This document shows positions 56,969 to 64,000 of a stretch of 64,000 nt of DNA, one piece after another. The stretch lies in NCBI RefSeq assembly GCF_024700885.2, contig NZ_CP117016.1; one strand, 5' to 3'. Both the position numbers and the translations under genes were made by a program. Source of the stretch: Escherichia coli. GTDB lineage: Bacteria > Pseudomonadota > Gammaproteobacteria > Enterobacterales > Enterobacteriaceae. Position 1 is the first letter of the stretch. Each line of letters opens with the position of its first letter. The notes beneath the pieces are model-generated. The model saw only the letters and a list, made by a program, of their open reading frames with translations, searched no databases and had not been told where the DNA came from.

Positions 56969-58099
56969 ATGGCATATACCACCTTTTCACAGACGAAAAA
57001 TGATCAGCTCAAAGAACCGATGTTCTTTGGTCAGCCGGTCAACGTGGCTCGCTACGATCAGCAAAAATATGACATCTTCGAAAAGCTGATCGAAAAGCAG
57101 CTCTCTTTCTTCTGGCGTCCGGAAGAAGTTGACGTTTCTCGTGACCGTATCGATTACCAGGCACTGCCTGAACACGAAAAACACATCTTTATCAGCAACC
57201 TGAAATATCAGACGTTGCTGGACTCCATTCAGGGTCGCAGCCCGAACGTGGCACTGCTGCCGCTGATCTCGATCCCTGAACTGGAAACCTGGGTCGAAAC
57301 CTGGGCGTTCTCAGAAACCATTCACTCTCGTTCTTATACCCATATCATTCGTAATATCGTTAACGATCCGTCCGTTGTGTTTGATGATATCGTCACCAAC
57401 GAGCAGATCCAGAAACGTGCGGAAGGGATCTCCAGCTATTACGATGAGCTGATCGAAATGACCAGCTACTGGCATCTGCTGGGCGAAGGTACCCACACCG
57501 TTAACGGTAAAACCGTAACCGTTAGCCTGCGCGAGCTGAAGAAAAAACTGTATCTCTGCCTGATGAGCGTTAACGCGCTGGAAGCGATCCGCTTCTACGT
57601 CAGCTTTGCTTGTTCCTTTGCCTTTGCAGAACGCGAACTGATGGAAGGTAACGCCAAAATTATTCGCCTGATTGCCCGCGATGAAGCCCTGCACCTGACC
57701 GGTACTCAGCATATGCTGAATCTGCTGCGCAGCGGCGCGGATGATCCGGAGATGGCGGAAATTGCCGAAGAATGTAAGCAGGAATGCTATGACCTGTTTG
57801 TCCAGGCGGCACAGCAAGAGAAAGACTGGGCGGATTATCTGTTCCGTGACGGTTCGATGATTGGTCTGAATAAAGACATTCTCTGCCAGTACGTTGAATA
57901 CATCACCAATATCCGCATGCAGGCAGTCGGTTTGGATCTGCCGTTCCAGACTCGCTCCAACCCGATCCCGTGGATCAATACCTGGCTGGTGTCTGATAAC
58001 GTGCAGGTTGCTCCGCAGGAAGTGGAAGTCAGTTCTTATCTGGTCGGGCAGATTGACTCGGAAGTGGACACCGACGATTTGAGTAACTTCCAGCTCTGA
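56969..58099 (+). CDS. nrdB: Ribonucleoside-diphosphate reductase 1 beta subunit NrdB (376 aa)
   Basis: Start [17 protein letters not shown] at ATG 56969; the ORF track start at 56888 is an extension into the REP region. Confidence 0.95.
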
Positions 58100-58353
58100 T
58101 GGCTCGCATTACCCTGCGCATCACTGGCACACAACTGCTGTGCCAGGATGAACACCCTTCCCTTCTGGCGGCGCTGGAATCCCACAATGTGGCGGTTGAG
58201 TACCAGTGCCGCGAAGGTTACTGCGGTTCCTGTCGCACGCGCCTTGTTGCAGGCCAGGTGGACTGGATTGCCGAACCGTTAGCCTTTATTCAGCCGGGGG
58301 AAATTTTGCCTTGTTGTTGCCGGGCAAAAGGCGATATTGAAATCGAGTTGTGA
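58099..58353 (+). CDS. yfaE: 2Fe-2S ferredoxin YfaE (84 aa)
   Basis: Cysteine ligands CREGYCGSCR ... CCC; start overlaps nrdB stop. Confidence 0.9.
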   Translation: MARITLRITGTQLLCQDEHPSLLAALESHNVAVEYQCREGYCGSCRTRLVAGQVDWIAEPLAFIQPGEILPCCCRAKGDIEIEL

Positions 58354-58355
58354 TC

Positions 58356-58406
58356 GGGTACTAGCGCCAGATACGACGCTTACGCGTATTATCTGGCCTA
58401 CAACGA
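58356..58406. repeat. REP-like palindrome between yfaE and inaA
   Basis: gccagatacgacgcttacgcgtattatctggcctaca imperfect palindrome. Confidence 0.55.
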
Positions 58407-59057
58407 TTACATGGCGTAGTAATACGCTTTCACCTGCTCCCAGTCCGCTTTGGGGATCGGCTCCAGATATTTTTCCAGCTGGCGGAAGTCATGATTAATC
58501 GCTTTATCGCGACGCAAGCGGCGACGACTTTTCTCCAGATCAAGAAATCCAGCTTCTGCCTTACCTTCTGTTTTCACATAGATATGGCGAACATAGCAAC
58601 AGCCATGCTGACGATTAACGCTATGCATTTTCTTAAACGCCAGCGCCACTGCTTTCAACATGGCTTGCCGTACTTCGTCAGAATAGGGCGTTACTGCATG
58701 CCGGGCATACCAGTCAGCAATGCTGATGAACCCCGCCATATCTTCAGTCACCAGCAACGCGCGCCATTCCCCCTCAATTTTCACCGCTTCACCAAAAACA
58801 ATCTTCGGCACGATGACACCAGCCCGTTCCAGTTCTTTAATTACCGCAACCTCACGGACAATCGTTGGTCGGCCGAACGGATAACGTACGGAATGAAACA
58901 GATGATGCGTCATGCGCTTTACATATAGCTTTTTGCCGTTGCGCTCGACGCATTGCACCCCGCTCATACCATTACGGCGATAGTTAGGCTCTTCAACCCA
59001 GTCGCCCTCTGTTGCCCACCAGTGATTAAATTCGTCGTGCTTTGCTGAAACTGCCAT
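58407..59057 (-). CDS. inaA: Acid-inducible lipopolysaccharide kinase-like protein InaA (216 aa)
   Basis: Recognised sequence; position downstream of yfaE. Confidence 0.88.
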   Translation of the reverse strand: MAVSAKHDEFNHWWATEGDWVEEPNYRRNGMSGVQCVERNGKKLYVKRMTHHLFHSVRYPFGRPTIVREVAVIKELERAGVIVPKIVFGEAVKIEGEWRALLVTEDMAGFISIADWYARHAVTPYSDEVRQAMLKAVALAFKKMHSVNRQHGCCYVRHIYVKTEGKAEAGFLDLEKSRRRLRRDKAINHDFRQLEKYLEPIPKADWEQVKAYYYAM

Positions 59058-59137
59058 ACCCTATCGCCTGTCATTTTTTATTTACAACAATGACTATAGG
59101 TGGTTACCTGCGAAAAATCTGAATGAAACGTGTCGTA

Positions 59138-60328
59138 TTAATGAATTTCTTTTGCCACTACTAGCGCGACACCGCTTTTACCCTTCATTTGCAGCGCATA
59201 GACTCCACCAGCCACTACCACTAATAGTGCACCCAGCAGATAAATCATTCGGTAGCCAGTATGTGCAACCATCATCCCCATCACACAGGCTCCCAGCGCC
59301 AGGCCTGCATCCATCGCATTGAAGAAGAGGGAGTTTGCGACACCGATTTTATGCGGTTCCACTGAACTGATAATCTGCGTCTGAAAAACTGGCGTCACGG
59401 AACCATACCCGATACCAATCAATGCGCCAGAAACAACCATCATTATGCTTCCCTGGGTGTAGCCGAGAACCACCAGTCCTACCGTAAAGAACACAAGGCA
59501 AGGGTAAACCACATATTTCGGTCCTTTTTTGTCGCAGACATTGCCGGTAAAGGTACGGCAAATCATCAGGAAGATAGCGTAGCAAAGCAGGAAATTACTG
59601 GCTGCCGACATCAGGTTAAGTTCGCGTGCATAAAGCGCCAGAAAAGCAGAAACCCCGGCATACGAAAAGGTCATAAAAAAGGTGACCATCGCAAATGGCA
59701 ACGCCGCGCGATCGAACATGGCGGCGAAGCCCATTTTCGGCGTTGAACCATCAGCATGGCTGATAACCGGCGGCACTGTCATAATCAGCGACAGAATAAT
59801 CCCCACCGCTGCCACGCCGGTGCATAGCCAGAAAGCCAGATTAAAGGCTTCCCAGCGCGCCATATTCAGACCAATCCACGGCCCGACCACCATTGCCATC
59901 CCCATTGCCAGAGAGAAAAAACTGATGCCCTCCCCACGTCGGGAGGCCGGGATCAGCCGCGCGGAAATCGTTCCTTTTACCGTAGTGATAACCCCGAAGG
60001 TAATACCATGAAGCACCCGAATAAAAAGCAGTGATTCAATTGAGTGGCAAAAAGGATACAGCGCAGTGACCACCAAAAAGGCCAGAGAAGAGAGCCCCAG
60101 AATAGTTTTATTCGAATATTTACCTACCCATTGCCCGGCAAAGGGGCGAATAACAATGGCGGCAATTAAAAATAAAGTCACCAACAAACCTGCTTTATCA
60201 GGAGAGGCATGCAAGCGGTCTGAGATATAAATTGGCAACAATGTTAGTAAAACATAAAAGACGAAGAAAATAATAAAGCTGATGATGGTTATTGCCCAAA
60301 AATCCTTCGTCCATAACTTCTCTTTCAT
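59138..60328 (-). CDS. MFS transporter, 12-TM (396 aa)
   Basis: Hydrophobic segments throughout; MFS-type loop 2-3 motif (GQWVGKYSNK); divergent from the LysR gene. Confidence 0.8.
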   Translation of the reverse strand: MKEKLWTKDFWAITIISFIIFFVFYVLLTLLPIYISDRLHASPDKAGLLVTLFLIAAIVIRPFAGQWVGKYSNKTILGLSSLAFLVVTALYPFCHSIESLLFIRVLHGITFGVITTVKGTISARLIPASRRGEGISFFSLAMGMAMVVGPWIGLNMARWEAFNLAFWLCTGVAAVGIILSLIMTVPPVISHADGSTPKMGFAAMFDRAALPFAMVTFFMTFSYAGVSAFLALYARELNLMSAASNFLLCYAIFLMICRTFTGNVCDKKGPKYVVYPCLVFFTVGLVVLGYTQGSIMMVVSGALIGIGYGSVTPVFQTQIISSVEPHKIGVANSLFFNAMDAGLALGACVMGMMVAHTGYRMIYLLGALLVVVAGGVYALQMKGKSGVALVVAKEIH

Positions 60329-60479
60329 ACCCTACCGCCTGTCAGGATGACGCACGCAGACAACACTCCCGTTACTGCGGTTGCGTCAAATTGTGATGTA
60401 CTTTGCAGAACAGAAGTATAAATGGCGGCATGCTATTAGAGAAATTAATCGTTTTAATATTATTGATTAGCAAACTCTA

Positions 60480-61358
60480 ATGACTCTTACCCAAATAAAT
60501 TCTTTACTCGCCGTGCTGGATTACGGTGGCTTTACTGAAGCCAGCAAGCGATTGTTCATGACGCAGTCGGCGGTAAGTCAGGCAATTGCTGCCCTCGAAC
60601 AAGAACTTGGCGTGAGTATACTGTTACGCGATCGCCGTAAAGCTATACAACTGACCGCAGCAGGTCATCGCATTGTGCATCATCTGCGCGCCATTAATCG
60701 GGAAGTGAACGCAGTAAAAGAGATAGCCGAGCAGGAAAAGCAGAACCCTCAAAGAACGCTGAGACTTGGTTGTTTCCCCAGCGTCTGCGCCTGTATCTTA
60801 CCGGCTGTGATTCGCTACTTTGAAATTCATCATCCGAATATAAAAATTATTCCTTTTGAGGAAAATAGCACAGCGATTATTGATTCCCTTCAGAATGAAT
60901 CCATTGATGCCGGTTTTGTTCATTTTCCGGTGAGCGGAATGTACTCCGTGCCCATTTATCAGGATAAATTCACCGTAGTGTTACCGCCCAACCATGCTCT
61001 GGCAAAAAACAGCACTATTACAGTGGAAGAGTTAATGGGTGAACCATTAATTATTAGTAAAGGACGCTATGAATTAAGCATTATGGCACTATTTAAAGAA
61101 AAGAATATTACCCCACAGATAAAATATGAATTTAATCACCCTGATACAGCGATCAGTTTTATTCGACAGGGATTAGGCATCGCCTTATTACCAGAGTTAA
61201 CGCTGAAAACCATTGCAGATGAATTGTGTTCCGTTCCTCTCGAACCAACCTTCTATCGACAGATTTCGTTGCTGGCTAAAGAAAAGCCGGTAGAAGGCAG
61301 TCCACTGTTTTTACTGCAAATGTGTACGGAACAACTCGTGGTGAGTGGAAAAATTTGA
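60480..61358 (+). CDS. LysR-family transcriptional regulator (292 aa)
   Basis: N-terminal HTH (GGFTEASKRLFMTQSAVSQAIAALEQELGVSILLR) and LysR substrate-binding domain; ~150-bp divergent intergenic region shared with the MFS gene. Confidence 0.85.
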   Translation: MTLTQINSLLAVLDYGGFTEASKRLFMTQSAVSQAIAALEQELGVSILLRDRRKAIQLTAAGHRIVHHLRAINREVNAVKEIAEQEKQNPQRTLRLGCFPSVCACILPAVIRYFEIHHPNIKIIPFEENSTAIIDSLQNESIDAGFVHFPVSGMYSVPIYQDKFTVVLPPNHALAKNSTITVEELMGEPLIISKGRYELSIMALFKEKNITPQIKYEFNHPDTAISFIRQGLGIALLPELTLKTIADELCSVPLEPTFYRQISLLAKEKPVEGSPLFLLQMCTEQLVVSGKI

Positions 61359-61513
61359 TGTAAGACATGAGATTGATGACAAATGCAAGACTGCCTGATT
61401 CGCCACACTTAGTTGTACTATAGCCTTTACCAGGCGTAATAATTCGTTTTCACCTGATTTTGGCCCACTTTGTGAATTGGCGATATATATTTATCCAGTT
61501 GGGAGAAGTGACA

Positions 61514-61645
61514 ATGACTCCAGGTAGAAATCGGTATGAAGCGCCCGACTCACTGTCAAAACCGATCGTTGAGAGTAATGACACTCCGGCGAACAGTACA
61601 CAGTTTACTCTGGAGCCATTCTCAATCTTCAAGTGGGATACCTAG
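61514..61645 (+). CDS. Candidate small protein (43 aa), unknown function
   Basis: ATG at 61514 preceded by GGGAGAAG 7 nt upstream; MTPGRNRYEAPDSLSKPIVESNDTPANSTQFTLEPFSIFKWDT; no homolog recognised. Confidence 0.4.
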   Translation: MTPGRNRYEAPDSLSKPIVESNDTPANSTQFTLEPFSIFKWDT

Positions 61646-61823
61646 TAACTTTTCAGGGAAGTTATCAATATCTGTTTGTTACTTATTACCGTATTTATTA
61701 ACAATAATGATACTTTCTACCATGCGTAAAGGTCTTCGTAATAAAATGAGCTAAATTTGATAGTGAATATATTTTGCAAAGATTAGATTGTATCTTGTTA
61801 ACTCACAATACAAGGAATCATTT

Positions 61824-62894
61824 ATGCCAAATACATCTATTCACTTATCTCGCTGTAATATTTTACAAAATAATAAATTGCAACCAGCAGAAATTTACAA
61901 AGAATCACAACAAACCGCGAAACTTGAGTTTTTTTGCGATGAGTTTCTAAAAATATCTCAAAGTAGATACGGGTTATCAACTTCAGCAGACAGCATAGCT
62001 AATTTATTGGCTTTTTTCACGAAAGCCTCAGATGCAATTGATAGTATCAAGACCCAAAAAATTGACGTTCACAGTTATGGTTTCGTACCAATAAGACATT
62101 TTGTCGAACATGTCATAACGTATAAAAATGAATTTGCAGCGGATTATGAACCCTATACCCTTACCTTTACCCGAGGTGAAAACAACGAAGGTATTTTGAG
62201 TGTCGAAAGCAAAGAAGGGTTTATTTCACAAAGAACAATAAACTTAAATGAATATGAAACTGCAATTAACATCATCAATGAACATGTTATAAAAGAAAAT
62301 ATCCACAACACGGTCCAGTCACCGACAGAAAAAGACATTTCAAAAATAAACAGCTCTGATAAACCTTATAAAACCAGCAGTGAGGAAAGTATTAAAAGTC
62401 AACTTTACAGCGATCAAAAAAAATATACAGACCTGCTACTACATTCTGAGAAAAATACAGAATGGTACAAATACGCATCCTCCGTGGAACGCTATGATAA
62501 ATTCAAGAATTCTTCTAAGGAAATTAAAAATACCTACAAGCAAATTGTACAAGCGCAGAAAAAATTGAACCAAATGAAATACATCAATAAATTAAGTGGT
62601 GAGCTTATCGATATCGCCGACAAAAAGTTAGCACCATTAATAAATGATAGTTTCAGCTATACACGAGATTTCTTTGCTTACTCAAAACAGGAAAATAACA
62701 TCTTCACGTTTGATAATTCTAAGTTTGAAGATCCAAAGGAAAAAAAAGGTTTAATGGTACAACACAGCAATGGACAACTGGTTATTACTGGTGAATATTA
62801 TCCTGAAGGTGTGCAAATAGCATTCACTCAAGAACAATATAATAAATTAATAAGATACATTAATATTTTCTTTACTTTCCCGAAATGCGAATAA
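61824..62894 (+). CDS. Hypothetical protein (356 aa) in an AT-rich islet; no recognisable domain, no signal peptide or TM segment
   Basis: Long ORF (track 61788-62894); preferred start ATG 61824 with AAGGA SD 8 nt upstream; ~30% GC and Lys/Asn/Ser/Glu-rich composition unlike the flanking core genes. Confidence 0.65.
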   Translation: MPNTSIHLSRCNILQNNKLQPAEIYKESQQTAKLEFFCDEFLKISQSRYGLSTSADSIANLLAFFTKASDAIDSIKTQKIDVHSYGFVPIRHFVEHVITYKNEFAADYEPYTLTFTRGENNEGILSVESKEGFISQRTINLNEYETAINIINEHVIKENIHNTVQSPTEKDISKINSSDKPYKTSSEESIKSQLYSDQKKYTDLLLHSEKNTEWYKYASSVERYDKFKNSSKEIKNTYKQIVQAQKKLNQMKYINKLSGELIDIADKKLAPLINDSFSYTRDFFAYSKQENNIFTFDNSKFEDPKEKKGLMVQHSNGQLVITGEYYPEGVQIAFTQEQYNKLIRYINIFFTFPKCE

Positions 62895-63079
62895 TACTTT
62901 ACAGTATAAACTGCAATACAATTTATTATTGAACCCAATTCATACTGTTTAAGGAATAACAATGCCCAGTGTTAGCTTTCTTAACGAATGAGTTTTACGC
63001 AAATATGTTGGCATCTTTTTTAACAGGATGCACCGGTTAATGAATAGAACAACCGGAAGTAGCATTATTTCGCTTTAGC

Positions 63080-63108
63080 AGAGGATGGCGCATGAACGCC
63101 ATCCTGCA
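63080..63108. terminator. Hairpin terminator downstream of glpQ, possibly bidirectional
   Basis: AGGATGGCG-catgaa-CGCCATCCT stem-loop between the hypothetical CDS and the glpQ stop. Confidence 0.7.
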
Positions 63109-63114
63109 ATAGCA

Positions 63115-64000
63115 TTACTCTTTATTAAGGAATTTTACTGCCTTATCAGGGAAATCAGTAAACAGCCCATTTACACCCGCTTTGTTATACAGAGCATCAT
63201 ATAACTGATTCACATCAGTAGTGTATTCAGGCAGTTTATCTGACCGCACGGTATAAGGATGCACTGCCAGCTTGTTCTGCTGAGCATCTTGCACCATGCC
63301 AGTGAGTTTGATATTACCCGGCTGCGATGTCTCCTCAATCAACATATGGTAATCCGGACCAATACCATCTGCATATTCCGCCACCTGTTTCATGGCTCCC
63401 GGCTTAAACATCCAGTCGTAGTTGTAATTAATCCAGCTTCCGTCCGGCTGTTTCTGCTGCGTTTCATTCCAGTCGGTATAGGCAATCAGCTGTACCAGAT
63501 TGAGATCCATGCCCATTTTAGGTTCCAGCTCTTTCTTAATACGCTTCAGCTCATCAGCATCAAAACATTGCAAATAAACTTTATCGTCCTTACCGGTGTA
63601 ACCATATTTCTTCAGCACTTCCAGCGTTTTTGCCGCAATATCCTTCCCTTCCTGATGATGGAACCACGGCGCTTTAATTTCTGGATAGATACCGATATTT
63701 TTCCCGGTAGAGTGATTTAACCCCTGAACAAATTCAATCTCTTCTTCGAAAGTGTGTACCCGGAAGTCAGATTTACCCATCGGGAAACGGCCCGGATAAG
63801 TCTGTACTTTCTTACCGTTTTCAATATCGAAACCTTCGGTAAATTTCAGTGACTTAATTTCATCGAGCGTGAAATCTATCGCGTAGTAACGACCGTCTTT
63901 GCGCGCCCGATCCGGGAAACGATCGGCAACATCAGTAACACGATCGAGATAATGGTCATGCAGAACAACCAGATGGTCGTCTTTGGTCATCACCAAATCC
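63115..64000 (-). CDS. glpQ: Periplasmic glycerophosphodiester phosphodiesterase GlpQ, C-terminal ~294 codons; N-terminus beyond the window end
   Basis: MVMTKDDHLVVLHDHYLDRVTDV... GDPD-family sequence; reading frame open to the window edge. Confidence 0.88.
   Translation of the reverse strand, partial: DLVMTKDDHLVVLHDHYLDRVTDVADRFPDRARKDGRYYAIDFTLDEIKSLKFTEGFDIENGKKVQTYPGRFPMGKSDFRVHTFEEEIEFVQGLNHSTGKNIGIYPEIKAPWFHHQEGKDIAAKTLEVLKKYGYTGKDDKVYLQCFDADELKRIKKELEPKMGMDLNLVQLIAYTDWNETQQKQPDGSWINYNYDWMFKPGAMKQVAEYADGIGPDYHMLIEETSQPGNIKLTGMVQDAQQNKLAVHPYTVRSDKLPEYTTDVNQLYDALYNKAGVNGLFTDFPDKAVKFLNKE

Noticed and set aside
60329-60479. Specific LysR T-N11-A binding motif in the MFS-LysR intergenic region
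   Set aside because: Several AT-rich candidates exist (e.g. TTAGAGAAATTAA) but none stands out, so I report the region rather than a site.

Overview
This 64 kb window is an Escherichia coli-type chromosomal segment, identified from protein sequences and gene order I recognise; no search was run. It is collinear with the K-12 map: bcr(partial)-rsuA-yejH(radD)-rplY-yejK-yejL-yejM-proL-yejO-narP-ccmHGFEDCBA-napCBHGADF-eco-mqo-yojI-alkB-ada-apbE-ompC/micF-rcsDBC-atoSC-atoDAEB-gyrA-ubiG-yfaL-nrdAB-yfaE-inaA ... glpQ(partial). Almost all of it is well-characterised core genome, with REP/BIME elements, terminators and known regulatory sites (AtoC palindrome with sigma54 promoter, NarP/NarL 7-2-7 site, DnaA and NrdR boxes, Ada box). 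The one candidate for something undescribed is a ~30% GC islet at 61.4-63.1 kb between a LysR regulator and glpQ, encoding a 356-aa protein with no motif I can recognise and, just upstream, a 43-codon ORF with a strong Shine-Dalgarno. Other points worth a second look: GyrA carries the classic quinolone-resistance substitution S83L (TTG codon read directly); a divergent MFS/LysR pair sits where K-12 has the yfaH remnant; atoB abuts gyrA without the K-12 yfaP-yfaA cluster; yejO is intact with no IS element; and a 15-codon uORF ends in an ATGA overlap with the nrdA start. No CRISPR array, IS element, integrase or prophage gene was seen.
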